DNA of 64,000 nucleotides from Candidatus Onthovivens merdipullorum (GCA_017694345.1 JADIMY010000117.1:17865-81864); one strand, 5' to 3'. Numbered from the stretch's first letter, positions 38,365 to 48,936 are shown. A program made the numbers and translations. Notes: a model not told the origin generated them from the letters alone.

Positions 38365-38407
38365 ACTTGTCTACTAAAATTATTATATAAATCAGGAGGT
38401 GAATTTC

Positions 38408-39115
38408 ATGAGTGAATATATTGTTGAATTTATAGATGTAACTAAAGAATTTCACGTCGGAGATACGATTATTAAAGCTAGTGATAAATTAAATTTTAAA
38501 ATAAAAAGAGGTGAGTTTTGTATCATCGTCGGACCTAGTGGTGCAGGTAAAACTACTTTATTAAATTTACTTGGTGGTATGGATAGTTTGACTAGTGGAA
38601 AAATTATTGTTGATGGAGAAGATATATCTACTTATAACGATAAAAAGTTAACAATGTTTCGAAGAGAATCTATCGGATTTGTCTTTCAATTTTATAATTT
38701 GATACCTAATTTAACCGCTATAGATAATGTTGAAATTGCAGGAGAAATATCGAAAAACCCTCTAAACTCAGCTGAAACTTTAAAATTAGTAGGACTTGAA
38801 GGAAGAATGGAAAATTTTCCAAGTCAACTTAGTGGAGGCGAACAACAAAGAGTTTCCATTGCTAGAGCTTTAACTAAAAATCCTAAATTACTTTTGTGTG
38901 ATGAACCTACAGGAGCACTTGATTATCAAACCGGAAAAATGATTTTAAAACTTCTTCATGATTTATGTAAAAATAATCAAAAAACAATTATTATCATCAC
39001 TCACAATAGCGCTTTAACAGCCATGGCAGATCATGTTTTACATCTTAAAAATGGTCAAATTGTTGGTGAAGAATATAATGAATTCCCTAAAGATATTTCG
39101 GAGATTGAATGGTAA
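38408..39115 (+). CDS. ABC transporter ATP-binding protein (MacB/FtsE-like)
   Basis: It has Walker A (GPSGAGKTT), the signature LSGGEQQR and Walker B ([12 protein letters not shown]). The ATG at 38408 has AGGAGG 8 nt upstream. Confidence 0.85.
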   Translation: MSEYIVEFIDVTKEFHVGDTIIKASDKLNFKIKRGEFCIIVGPSGAGKTTLLNLLGGMDSLTSGKIIVDGEDISTYNDKKLTMFRRESIGFVFQFYNLIPNLTAIDNVEIAGEISKNPLNSAETLKLVGLEGRMENFPSQLSGGEQQRVSIARALTKNPKLLLCDEPTGALDYQTGKMILKLLHDLCKNNQKTIIIITHNSALTAMADHVLHLKNGQIVGEEYNEFPKDISEIEW

Positions 39116-41706
39116 TGAAAAAGACTTATTTTAAGTATTTATTTCGTTCTATTGAACAAGATTTCTCAAGACTTCTTGCTATCTTTCTTATTGTTTTACT
39201 AGGTATTGGATTTTTAGTCGGTTTAATGTCAACCTCTCCAGATTTATATGCTACTGCCGATAAATATTATGATGATACTAATTTTACCGATATTTATCTT
39301 CAATCAACCATTGGTTTCGACAAAAAAGATAAGGATTTTATAAAAGAAAATTTAGATGATGTCTATTTAATCGAAGATTCTTATCAAATCGATGAATTTG
39401 CTTATTTAAATGAAGAAGAAAATAGAATCTTATCTAGAGTTATGACTAAAGACTTTTCTTCAAATAACTCGATTGATGAATTAACTTTAGTAAGTGGAGG
39501 GTTTCCAACTAATCTAAATGAATGTGTTGTTTTAGAAACTTATCCAAGTATGACAAAAGTAAACATAAATGATTATGTTTATATTCCTGACCCAAATAAT
39601 GAAGATAATTATATAGAATATCAAGTTAGTGGTATCGTTAAAGATCCTAACTATTTATCTAAACAAGATATCACTACAACTATTGGAAATGGTAATATCG
39701 ATGCTGTTATTTATATCGATAAAGATAGTTTAAAAGATGCACCAATTACAATGATTAAAATGACTTTTAATGATACTAAAAAAATGGATAGTTTTAGTGA
39801 TAGTTATGATGATTATATTAATAAAAAAGTTGAAGATTTGCAGGGTTTTCGAGAAAATTTGATCGATAATCGAGTTAATGGATTAATAGATTCTACAGTG
39901 ACTAGTTCAATTAATTTTATATTTAATCAATCTTTTAATTCAATGAGTGAAATAGAATCTTTTATTAATAACTTGGAAGATTCAATAGCAAAAAATATTT
40001 ATCAATCAGCATATTCTTTAATAAAAAATACTGTATCTAATCAAATAAACGAACAGCTTAATCCTAGCGAAGCAGTCATTTATGTTTTAAGTAGAAAACA
40101 AATTCAAAGTAATGTGATTTTTGATACAGATGCTAATAAAGTTAATGCTGTCGCTGTAGTTTTCCCAATCTTCTTTTTCATAATTGCTCTTCTAGTTTCA
40201 ATTACTTCGATTACTAGAATTGTCAATAAAGATAGACAAATGATGGGAACTCTTAAGTCATTAGGTTATTCAAAAGGATTAATTTATTTAAAATATTTCT
40301 TATATTCAGCATTAGCTTCAATTTTAGGAGCAATTGTTGGTTCAACTATTGGTATCTTTGTTTTACCTTATATTATTTGGTCGATTTATACATCTTTATA
40401 TAATTTACCTTCTTTAGTTTTCACATATCAATACGCTATTATCATTATATTTTCCTTAATAATGGTTCTACTTATAGTATTAGCTGCAACTATCATCTCA
40501 TTTACTTGCTTAAAAGAACATGTTTCTAATTTAATCACTGGAAAAGCACCTTTGCCTGGCAAAAAGATTTTACTAGAAAGAATTACATTTTTGTGGAAGA
40601 GATTGCCATTTTCTATAAAATCAATGTTTAGAAATGTCTTTAGATTTAAAAAGAATTTAGTAATGATAATTATAGGTATAGGTGGTTGTACAGCTTTACT
40701 TTTAACAGGTTTTGGAATTAGTGACTCATTAGGTGTTTTACAAAATGATCAATTTAATACAGTTTTAAAATATGATGTAATGCTTAAAATGTCTAATCCT
40801 AGCTATGATATAAATCCAGTAAATGACTATGAAAATACTTTAATATACACTTATGAAGCTAATGTAGAAGGTTATAAAGAAGATATTCCAATTACAATTA
40901 TAGGAGGTAGTAGCGACTTAATAAATTATGTCGATTTACCAAGTGATTTTAATGAAAATTCTGTAATAATTACTTCACAAATTAGTGATTTATTAGATGT
41001 AAAAATAGGAGACTCAATCGATTTAACTTTAGATGATTATAATCAAGATTTACCATTTAATTTAAAAGTTAGTGGAATTACTACTAACTATATAAATAAC
41101 TATGTATATCTAGGAAGTGAAGCTTTTAAATCGTATTTTCCTAATTTAATAGAAAATGGATATTTAGTTAAACTTGATATGAGTGATGATGAAATTAAAG
41201 ATTTATTAGATGATATATTAACTAATGATGAATATTCATCATTAGGATTAAGTGCGACTTCAACTACTTCTATTAAAAATATGTATTCAAGTGTCTTAGA
41301 TAATTTAGGATATGTTGTTTTAATAATAGTATTAGTGTCTGGTGCTTTAGTAGCTATTGTTACTTATAACTTAACAGATATTATTATTAATGAAAGAGTT
41401 AAAGAAATAGCTACTTTAAGAGTTAATGGTTATACATTAGGTCAATCTCTATTTTATATTTATAAAGAAATTATCTTTATGAGCGTTGTCGCAATATTAA
41501 TAGGATTAGGAGCTGGTGTCTTATTACATTTATATGTAATAAGTAGTATTAGTAGTATTGGATTAACTTTTGGAACTAGTCTAGCTTGGCAAAGTTATAT
41601 TTACTCTATTTTATTATCTCAAGCTTTTGTTGGTATTACTGCAATAATCTTTTATCCAAATGTTAAAAAGATTAGTATGACCGAAGCTTTAAAATCAGTT
41701 GATTAA
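39109..41706 (+). CDS. ABC transporter permease with two FtsX-like domains
   Basis: The 865-aa ORF has two 4-TM FtsX-type modules, each preceded by a large extracytoplasmic domain. It overlaps the ATPase gene by 7 nt. Confidence 0.8.
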   Translation: MVMKKTYFKYLFRSIEQDFSRLLAIFLIVLLGIGFLVGLMSTSPDLYATADKYYDDTNFTDIYLQSTIGFDKKDKDFIKENLDDVYLIEDSYQIDEFAYLNEEENRILSRVMTKDFSSNNSIDELTLVSGGFPTNLNECVVLETYPSMTKVNINDYVYIPDPNNEDNYIEYQVSGIVKDPNYLSKQDITTTIGNGNIDAVIYIDKDSLKDAPITMIKMTFNDTKKMDSFSDSYDDYINKKVEDLQGFRENLIDNRVNGLIDSTVTSSINFIFNQSFNSMSEIESFINNLEDSIAKNIYQSAYSLIKNTVSNQINEQLNPSEAVIYVLSRKQIQSNVIFDTDANKVNAVAVVFPIFFFIIALLVSITSITRIVNKDRQMMGTLKSLGYSKGLIYLKYFLYSALASILGAIVGSTIGIFVLPYIIWSIYTSLYNLPSLVFTYQYAIIIIFSLIMVLLIVLAATIISFTCLKEHVSNLITGKAPLPGKKILLERITFLWKRLPFSIKSMFRNVFRFKKNLVMIIIGIGGCTALLLTGFGISDSLGVLQNDQFNTVLKYDVMLKMSNPSYDINPVNDYENTLIYTYEANVEGYKEDIPITIIGGSSDLINYVDLPSDFNENSVIITSQISDLLDVKIGDSIDLTLDDYNQDLPFNLKVSGITTNYINNYVYLGSEAFKSYFPNLIENGYLVKLDMSDDEIKDLLDDILTNDEYSSLGLSATSTTSIKNMYSSVLDNLGYVVLIIVLVSGALVAIVTYNLTDIIINERVKEIATLRVNGYTLGQSLFYIYKEIIFMSVVAILIGLGAGVLLHLYVISSISSIGLTFGTSLAWQSYIYSILLSQAFVGITAIIFYPNVKKISMTEALKSVD

Positions 41707-43013
41707 TCTTCAATTTTATTTTGTTTAACTAATAATTTATCAATAGTTCCGTTTTTATCAATAGCTAAAACTTTAATCGTTAAATTTTTGTAGTGAATTA
41801 TTTCCCCGACTTTAGCAAATTTATCGTCGAGTAATTCTAAGCAGAATCCACCAATAGTAACATATTCTGTTTCGATTTCATTAAAATCTAAGTCAAATAA
41901 ATCACAAAAATCTTCCAAATTTAGTTGCCCATCGATGATATAGGATCCATCGTTTCTTTTAGAAACAATGGTTTCAGGATCATCTTTTTCATCCCAAATT
42001 TCACCTACTAACTCTTCTAAAATATCTTCCATTGTAAGAATTCCTTCAACACCACCATATTCATCCATAATTAAGGCAAAGTGTTGTTTTTCTTTCTTAA
42101 AAGTCTTTAAAATATCGTTAATTTCAGTAGATCTAGGAAATCTTAAAGGCTTATTTAACATTTCTTTAAGATTAATATTTTCATGATTAATTTTAGCCAT
42201 CATTAAATTTCTAGTTTTTACATAGCCAATAATATTGTCGATAGTATCTTCATAAACTGGTACTCTTGTATATTTATATAGCTTTGGATCATCAATAATC
42301 TCGTTAATATCATCTTCAATATCAATTGCATAAATATCGACTCTAGGAGTCATTATTTCATAAGCTTCACTATGGGTATAAATTATTGCATCATGAAGTA
42401 AATTAGCTTTGTCTTCATCAACGGCTCCTTGAGCTTCAATATCATCGACCATTTCATGTAGATCATCTTCGTTAATTTTTATATCTTTTACTCCTTTTCT
42501 AATAGGTAAAGTAAGTAACGAACCAAAATTACTAACTAAAAAAGTAATAGGTAAACAAATATAATTTAAAATTCTAATAACCTTTGAATATAATATAGAT
42601 AACTTAAAGTTATAGATTTTACCAATAGATTTAGCAATTATTTCACCAAACAAAATCTTAATAATTAAACAAATAATACTTGCAATAAATCCCCAGTTTT
42701 CACTTGTCGCTTCACTAGGATTAGTTAAAACTAAAAAGCAAAGATTTACACCAACTAAAGTCGAAATAGAATCAAGTCCAGCATTAACAGTATCATTTAA
42801 TAATAAAATAGTAGAAATCGTTTTATCGTAATTTTTAGTTAATCCATAAGCATAACGAACACTCTTTTTATTATTAATTTTCATCTCTTTTTCTAGATGT
42901 AAAATATCGACACTACCATAGACCATATCACTACTAGAGAAGAAAAAGCTTAGTAAAAAGAAGATAATAACAATAGCGATATAGATAGTTATTAAAAGTT
43001 CTCTATCGTCCAT
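41703..43013 (-). CDS. HlyC/CorC-family (CNNM) transporter: DUF21 + CBS pair + CorC_HlyC
   Basis: It has a 4-TM DUF21 domain, tandem CBS domains and a C-terminal transporter-associated domain. I chose the ATG at 43013 (MDDRELL, AGAGGT 8 nt upstream) over the track's 43058. Confidence 0.8.
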   Translation of the reverse strand: MDDRELLITIYIAIVIIFFLLSFFFSSSDMVYGSVDILHLEKEMKINNKKSVRYAYGLTKNYDKTISTILLLNDTVNAGLDSISTLVGVNLCFLVLTNPSEATSENWGFIASIICLIIKILFGEIIAKSIGKIYNFKLSILYSKVIRILNYICLPITFLVSNFGSLLTLPIRKGVKDIKINEDDLHEMVDDIEAQGAVDEDKANLLHDAIIYTHSEAYEIMTPRVDIYAIDIEDDINEIIDDPKLYKYTRVPVYEDTIDNIIGYVKTRNLMMAKINHENINLKEMLNKPLRFPRSTEINDILKTFKKEKQHFALIMDEYGGVEGILTMEDILEELVGEIWDEKDDPETIVSKRNDGSYIIDGQLNLEDFCDLFDLDFNEIETEYVTIGGFCLELLDDKFAKVGEIIHYKNLTIKVLAIDKNGTIDKLLVKQNKIED

Positions 43014-44130
43014 TTGGAATACCTCTTCTTTTAATAGGTATTTCATCGATATCTTCAACTAATTCTTCTAAAATATCTTCCATCGTAATAATACCTATTA
43101 CTTTATTATCTTTAGTTACAATACCTAAATGTGTTTTTTCTTTATTTAATTCTTTAAAAACATCATCTATATTATCATTAATATCGACATAAATAGGTTT
43201 AAGTAAAATAGATCTAATATCTAAATGTGGATCTAAAACATATTCTTCAAAATAAGTTTTAATAACTAATATTCCAATAATATTATCTTCATCATTATCA
43301 TATATTGGAATTCTAGAATAAGGAACATTAGAAATAACTTTATTTAGTTTATCTATCGTTAAATTATCAATATTTAGTGAAAGAACTTTATCTTTAGGAG
43401 TATAAACATTTTTAACTTTTAAAGTATCAAAATTAAAGATATTATCGACTATTTCTTTTTCATCATTTTCAAATAAATGTTCTTCTTTATCTTCGGTTCC
43501 ATTTTCATCATTAATTGCAACGCTAACAGATTGCATTAAATCTTCTTTAGAAAGTAAATTATTATCTTTAACTTTAAAAACTTTATGAACACACCATAAT
43601 ATTCCTTTAAATAACATTATAATTGGATAAAGTAAACAAAATACAAAGCTTACTGGATAAGCTAAAATTTTAGCCATTCTATTAGGAATTGCTTTCGATA
43701 ATATTTTAGGAACAGTATCGCTAACGATATATACTAAAAATGCCATTACTACAGTTGAAAGCAAAGCTTCAACACCATCACCTAAATTATATTTAAGACA
43801 TAAATTGTAAAATAATAAAGCGCTTAAAAAAGACATAAAAGTCTGTACAATATTATTTCCGACTAAAACCGTAATTAAAGTATTATCAAACTTATCAATT
43901 AATCTAGAAACAAGTTTAGCTGTAAAATTACCTTTATTTGCTAAAGATTTAAAATGATATTTATTACAATTAGAGTAAGCATTTTCACTGGCACTAAAAA
44001 GACCACTTACTAATAGTAAGATAGCAATAATTAGCCAACACACCCAAGTTGGCATTCCTAGCACTATATCATAATTACTCGGTAAGGGGTCACTTGCTGT
44101 ATCTAATAAAATCTGAAAATACGGGTCCAC
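43003..44130 (-). CDS. HlyC/CorC-family paralogue (DUF21 + CBS pair)
   Basis: The 375-aa ORF has a GTG start with GAGGAAG upstream, and its stop overlaps the downstream paralogue start by 11 nt. Confidence 0.7.
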   Translation of the reverse strand: MDPYFQILLDTASDPLPSNYDIVLGMPTWVCWLIIAILLLVSGLFSASENAYSNCNKYHFKSLANKGNFTAKLVSRLIDKFDNTLITVLVGNNIVQTFMSFLSALLFYNLCLKYNLGDGVEALLSTVVMAFLVYIVSDTVPKILSKAIPNRMAKILAYPVSFVFCLLYPIIMLFKGILWCVHKVFKVKDNNLLSKEDLMQSVSVAINDENGTEDKEEHLFENDEKEIVDNIFNFDTLKVKNVYTPKDKVLSLNIDNLTIDKLNKVISNVPYSRIPIYDNDEDNIIGILVIKTYFEEYVLDPHLDIRSILLKPIYVDINDNIDDVFKELNKEKTHLGIVTKDNKVIGIITMEDILEELVEDIDEIPIKRRGIPNGR

Positions 44131-44209
44131 TTAACTTCTTCCTCAATAATTAATATTATAAATAATTTTTTAGTATATTCAATATATAATTAACACTAGC
44201 ATATTTCTA

Positions 44210-44241
44210 TTAAAATAGTTGAGATTTGCAAGGTTTTTTAA
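44210..44241 (-). repeat. copy g of the ~30-bp intergenic motif (reverse orientation)
   Basis: The reverse complement is TTAAAAAACCTTGCAAATCTCAACTATTTTAA. It lies 20 bp from the ZIP gene stop. Confidence 0.6.
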
Positions 44242-44260
44242 AAATTAAAATGAGTTTTCA

Positions 44261-45085
44261 TTATAATAATAACAAAAATGAAACTATAACAATACCTAAT
44301 AAAATGAATAAAAATGAATATCTACTTTTATATTCATTTAATGTTTGAGGTATTAATTCTATAAAAATAACAAATAATAAACTACCAGCACTAATACTAA
44401 TTAGCACTCCAACAAATAAATCATTTATTGAAATAGTTGAGATAAAATAACTAATAATTCCAAGTATTAAAGCAGGTAAACTACTTATTAAAGTCATTAA
44501 GATACTAAACTTAGTAGACTTACCACTACTTAAAAAGGATGAACACATTGAAAATCCAATAATCAAATTATGAATTAATAACACTATACTAAAAATAATT
44601 CCTTCTAAAGGAACTTTAGAATCACTAATAAAACTTAATCCTAAAGTAATGCCTTCAGGAACATTATGTACAAAAATAGCTCCTAAATATATAAAACTAG
44701 TTATTAATAAAGAATTAGAATTATTAAATAATTCAATAGAATGAGCATGATCTTCGCAAGGTTCTTCATCGTTATGATCTTCCTTATGATGATGAGAAAA
44801 TTTATGAATTAATTCATGTAATAAAAAGAATAAAACTCCACTAATTAAAATAATACCTAAAGATAATAAGCTACCATATAAATCATTATTAAAATATAAA
44901 TTTAAGTGTTCAAAAGAATGTGAAAATAATTCAACAAATAAAAATGCTAAAATAGCCCCTAAAGAAAAATTTTGTAAGAAAATAAATATTATTTTAGGTA
45001 ATTTCTTACTTAATAAAGATAAAACACTACCAATCAATGTAGCTATAAATGTACCTAAGAAAGTAAATAAAAACATGTAAACCAT
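44261..45085 (-). CDS. ZIP-family metal (zinc) transporter
   Basis: It has the ZIP signature HNVPEGITLG, a His-rich loop (HHHKEDHNDEEPCEDHAHS) and 8 TM helices. Confidence 0.8.
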   Translation of the reverse strand: MVYMFLFTFLGTFIATLIGSVLSLLSKKLPKIIFIFLQNFSLGAILAFLFVELFSHSFEHLNLYFNNDLYGSLLSLGIILISGVLFFLLHELIHKFSHHHKEDHNDEEPCEDHAHSIELFNNSNSLLITSFIYLGAIFVHNVPEGITLGLSFISDSKVPLEGIIFSIVLLIHNLIIGFSMCSSFLSSGKSTKFSILMTLISSLPALILGIISYFISTISINDLFVGVLISISAGSLLFVIFIELIPQTLNEYKSRYSFLFILLGIVIVSFLLLL

Positions 45086-45253
45086 AATTAATATATTAGT
45101 TCAAAATTTAATAGATAAAAAGAATTAGAGTAATATTTATTAAGATATAAAAGAATTTAATTAATTTAGTTTAAATTTGAGGTGTCATAAAAACTTTATA
45201 AATTAAATAAGATACATTTATAGTTCATATTTTTAAAAATACATCTATAAAAC

Positions 45254-45286
45254 AAAAAAGCTCGCGGTGAACCACGAGCCTTTTTG
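45254..45286. terminator. rho-independent terminator downstream of the small minus-strand ORF
   Basis: The sequence AAAAAAGCTCGCGGTG-AA-CCACGAGCCTTTTT forms a GC-rich stem. Confidence 0.5.
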
Positions 45287-45310
45287 TTCGGATTTATAAA
45301 TATGTCAATT

Positions 45311-45454
45311 TTACTTTCTACTGCTTCCTAAATAATTTTTAAAATCAGGATAGAATAAATGTTCATATTCTCCTTCAACATTTCTTTCTTTGCTACTATT
45401 TTCATTTAATCCATATTTTCTTTTTAATTCTTGTTCATACTTTCTTAAATTCAT
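45311..45454 (-). CDS. small hypothetical protein (47 aa), not in the ORF track
   Basis: It encodes MNLRKYEQELKRKYGLNENSSKERNVEGEYEHLFYPDFKNYLGSSRK. It has AGGAGG 10 nt upstream and its own terminator. Confidence 0.45.
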   Translation of the reverse strand: MNLRKYEQELKRKYGLNENSSKERNVEGEYEHLFYPDFKNYLGSSRK

Positions 45455-45629
45455 ATCTTTTTTGCCTCCTAGCGACTATAAATATAGTATCTTTTTCATA
45501 TTAATCAATTAAAAAGAGACGATTAAATCGAAGAAAAAAGCGCTTACATAAACTTTTACATTTTAAAATAATAAGAATAAATCGATATTTTATTAATTAA
45601 TAAAATAAATTTATGAAAGTGTTTACAAT

Positions 45630-46787
45630 TTAACTAGTTTTAAAATAATCAAACCTTGATTCACCTTTAATATTAATAACTTCTCTACTTTCTTTTTCTT
45701 CTTTAAAGTTTTTACTTTCTTCAATAAGTAATTTAATTATTAATCTTAAACATTTTTTAATAGTGGTTTTTTCTATTTCATTAAGCTTATTATATGTCTT
45801 TATTAAGCCTATTAAAGTCTTAACAAGATTAGACCTAAATTCAATGATATCTTTTGCTTTAGTTCCTTTGATTAATAAATAACATAAATTAATGAATTCT
45901 TTTCTTTCTTCTTTAGGTAAATCTTTAACATATTTACTAATTGCAATATTTAATGTTTTACTAGTAGAAGATAAATAAGTTGCAAATATAAAGTGATTAT
46001 TTTTATCTATTATCCAGCTAAATAAATCGTGTTGTAATAAACCTTTAGTACTACTACTTATTATATAAGTATCTAAAGGATTATTAAAAACCATTCCAAA
46101 AATTGACATCGATGGAACAATAGTTATTATTTTATTTTTTGTAATTTCATCATTTACTTTTATATTTAATCCAGGTCCATCAAAATTAAAGACATTTACT
46201 ATTTTATTTTTTACTCTTTTATATGAAAAATAACTAGCATATAAAGCTAAGTTTCCGCCTTTAGAATGACCGCCTAAATATAAGTTTTTAATTCCTTTAA
46301 GTTTCAATTTATTTACATAGTTTTTTGCACTAATTTGTGAAGGAATTGTATCTAAATAACTTAAATTAAAATCTTCTTTCCACCCAATTATAGATAAATC
46401 AGTCCCACTAAAAGAAACATAAATAGTATTGTGACTAATTTTTACACTTAAAGAACAAAATTGCTTTTCAGATTTTTTAGAAATCTCACGCTCAAAATTA
46501 AATATTTTAAGATCTTTAAATCGTTTTGTTCTTACTAAAACTTTTAAAAATCTATTTCTAGGAGTTTCAATATCTGCTTTTTTAACTAATTCAGGATAAA
46601 GAAAATATATATGTGTAGCTTCCTTTATTGTTAACTCATAATTTTCTTTATCTAGCATAAAATAAAAATGATAATAAGATAAATTAGCAAATATTAAAGC
46701 ATCGATAATATTAAAATTTAGTTCATTAAAATCATAATTTCCAACTCTTTCTAAATAACTAAATAGGTAAGAAACATTGTATTTCAT
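45630..46787 (-). CDS. Mbeg1-like/DUF2974 alpha/beta-hydrolase (lipase class 3-like)
   Basis: It has the GHSKGG nucleophile elbow (LYLGGHSKGGNLALYASYF) and is 385 aa. Confidence 0.6.
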   Translation of the reverse strand: MKYNVSYLFSYLERVGNYDFNELNFNIIDALIFANLSYYHFYFMLDKENYELTIKEATHIYFLYPELVKKADIETPRNRFLKVLVRTKRFKDLKIFNFEREISKKSEKQFCSLSVKISHNTIYVSFSGTDLSIIGWKEDFNLSYLDTIPSQISAKNYVNKLKLKGIKNLYLGGHSKGGNLALYASYFSYKRVKNKIVNVFNFDGPGLNIKVNDEITKNKIITIVPSMSIFGMVFNNPLDTYIISSSTKGLLQHDLFSWIIDKNNHFIFATYLSSTSKTLNIAISKYVKDLPKEERKEFINLCYLLIKGTKAKDIIEFRSNLVKTLIGLIKTYNKLNEIEKTTIKKCLRLIIKLLIEESKNFKEEKESREVINIKGESRFDYFKTS

Positions 46788-46813
46788 ATGATTATTTTAG
46801 TTTATTTCAAAGT

Positions 46814-46839
46814 AAAAGTCCAAAAAATATTGGACTTTT
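46814..46839. terminator. hairpin terminator after the EF-G paralogue
   Basis: The sequence AAAAGTCCA-aaaaatat-TGGACTTTT forms a perfect 9-bp stem and overlaps motif copy h. Confidence 0.5.
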
Positions 46840-46852
46840 ACAAGGTTTTTAA
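46820..46852 (-). repeat. copy h (degenerate) of the ~30-bp motif, reverse orientation
   Basis: The reverse complement is TTAAAAACCTTGTAAAAGTCCAATATTTTTTGG, about 80 percent identical to the consensus. Confidence 0.45.
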
Positions 46853-46863
46853 TGAAAAACAAA

Positions 46864-48921
46864 TTATTTTTTAAGTAAACTACAATTCTCTATAACCTTT
46901 GCTTTTAAAGATTCTGGAACTTCTTCATATTCGTAAAATTCACGATTAAAGAACCCACTACCTTGAGTTAAAGCTTTAAGTTTTGTAACATAATCCATCG
47001 TTTCACTTTCAGGAATTGTAGCAATAATTACACTAGTATCATCTTCTTTATCGTTAACTTCTTGAACTTTAGCTCTTCTACTATTTAAGTCACTTAAGAC
47101 ATCACCTAAATATTGATTACTGATATTAATAGAGATTTTAAGAATTGGCTCTAAAATAGTAGGTATACAGTGCATATAAGCTTCTTTAAAAGCTAATATT
47201 GAAGCCATTTTAAAAGCTAATTCATTGCTATCAACTGGATGATATTTTCCATCAAGTAGTGTTGCTTTAACGCCAATTACTGGGAAACCTGCAAGTAAAC
47301 CACTTTGTAAAGCTTCATAGAAACCTTTTTCTACTGCAGGGAAATAGTTTTTAGGAACACTTCCACCAAATATTTCTTCAGTGAATATACTTTCTTTTGC
47401 TGGTGAAAATTCCATTTCAACAACTCCATAAAATCCACTTCCACCACTTTGTTTAATATATTTTCCAGTGGCTTTTGCTGTTCCTTTAATTGTTTCTCGA
47501 TAACAAATCTTTGGATCTTCTGTTAATAAATTTAAAATATAAGTATTTTTAACTTTATCAATTACATATTGAAGATGTGATTCACTAAGACCACCAAGTA
47601 ATAATTGTTTAGTTTCAACATTTCGTTTGATTTCTAATGTTGGATCTTCTTTTTTAAGTTTAGCTAAAACAGGATTTAGTTTTTCTTCATCTTTTTTATC
47701 TTTTAAACTAATCGCTTTAAAGCAAACGGCAGTTGGGAATTTAATTTCTTTATAACAAATATAATTATTTTTATCGCATAAAGTAAAAGCGGTATTAATT
47801 TCATCTTGTTTAGAAGTTGCAACAATATCTCCAGCTATTGCTTCCGTGATATTTGTTTGTTCTTTACCTTTTAAAGTAAATAAAGAAGATATTTTAATAG
47901 ATTTACTAAGTTCAGGACAATATACTTCATCTCCTAAATGTAAAACACCGCTATCTATTTTAAGAATATTAATTGTTCCTAAATAAGGATCAACCATCGT
48001 TTTAATAACATAAGCACTAAAAGGTTCAGTAACATCAGTTTTTCTTTCGATTTCTTCACCTTTTTCATTAACGCCAACATAAGGTTTTAAATCTACAGGA
48101 CTTGGCATATAGTCAATAAACATCGATAAGATTGTATGAATACCGATATTATTTAATGCACTACCAAAGATAACCGGAACAAGTTCGCCTTTTAAAACAC
48201 CACTTCTTAAACCAATTCTAATTTCTTCATTGGTTAAAGGTTCACCGCTAAAGAATTTTTCAAGTAAGCTATCATCAGTTAAAGCAACTGCTTCACAAAT
48301 CGTATTATGTAATTCAAAAACTTTCATCTTTTTATCTTCATGAATTACATCATCAACACATTCCTTACCATTATATTTTCTAGCTTTAAGTGTTACTACA
48401 TTAACAAATCCATCAAAGTTATCGTTATGTCCTAAAGGATAAGAAAAAGGAACACAAATTTTGCCTAATTTTGTAGTAATATCGTTCATTATATCTTCAA
48501 AATTTGGATTGCCTTTATCCATCTTGTTAACAAAAATTAAAGTAGGAATACCTCTTTTTCTTAACATTTTAAAATGTTTAATTGTTCCAACTTGAACTTT
48601 ACTACTAGCATCAATTACTAAAACTGCTCCTTTAACACTTCTAGTTACGCTTAAAACTTCCCAAATAAAATCATCATTTCCAGGAATATCTAATAAATTT
48701 ATTTTGTGATTTTCATAAATTACAGGAACAATACTAGTAGAAACACTACTAAGCCTATTTTTTTCTTCTTTTAAATAATCACTTATTGTATTTTTCTTCT
48801 CGATACTACCTTTTTCAGTACCGTTAGCTATCGAGTATATAGATTCAACAAGACTAGTTTTACCACTGCCTTGATGACCAAGTATAGCAACATTTCTGAT
48901 ATTACTTGATTTTAAATCCAT
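46864..48921 (-). CDS. EF-G-family translational GTPase paralogue with atypical G1 motif
   Basis: It has G1 (GHQGSGKTS), G3 (DIPGNDDF), G4 (NKMD) and EF-G domains II-V. The ATG at 48921 has AGGAGGAA 6 nt upstream. Confidence 0.75.
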   Translation of the reverse strand: MDLKSSNIRNVAILGHQGSGKTSLVESIYSIANGTEKGSIEKKNTISDYLKEEKNRLSSVSTSIVPVIYENHKINLLDIPGNDDFIWEVLSVTRSVKGAVLVIDASSKVQVGTIKHFKMLRKRGIPTLIFVNKMDKGNPNFEDIMNDITTKLGKICVPFSYPLGHNDNFDGFVNVVTLKARKYNGKECVDDVIHEDKKMKVFELHNTICEAVALTDDSLLEKFFSGEPLTNEEIRIGLRSGVLKGELVPVIFGSALNNIGIHTILSMFIDYMPSPVDLKPYVGVNEKGEEIERKTDVTEPFSAYVIKTMVDPYLGTINILKIDSGVLHLGDEVYCPELSKSIKISSLFTLKGKEQTNITEAIAGDIVATSKQDEINTAFTLCDKNNYICYKEIKFPTAVCFKAISLKDKKDEEKLNPVLAKLKKEDPTLEIKRNVETKQLLLGGLSESHLQYVIDKVKNTYILNLLTEDPKICYRETIKGTAKATGKYIKQSGGSGFYGVVEMEFSPAKESIFTEEIFGGSVPKNYFPAVEKGFYEALQSGLLAGFPVIGVKATLLDGKYHPVDSNELAFKMASILAFKEAYMHCIPTILEPILKISINISNQYLGDVLSDLNSRRAKVQEVNDKEDDTSVIIATIPESETMDYVTKLKALTQGSGFFNREFYEYEEVPESLKAKVIENCSLLKK

Positions 48922-48936
48922 CAATGATTCCTCCTA

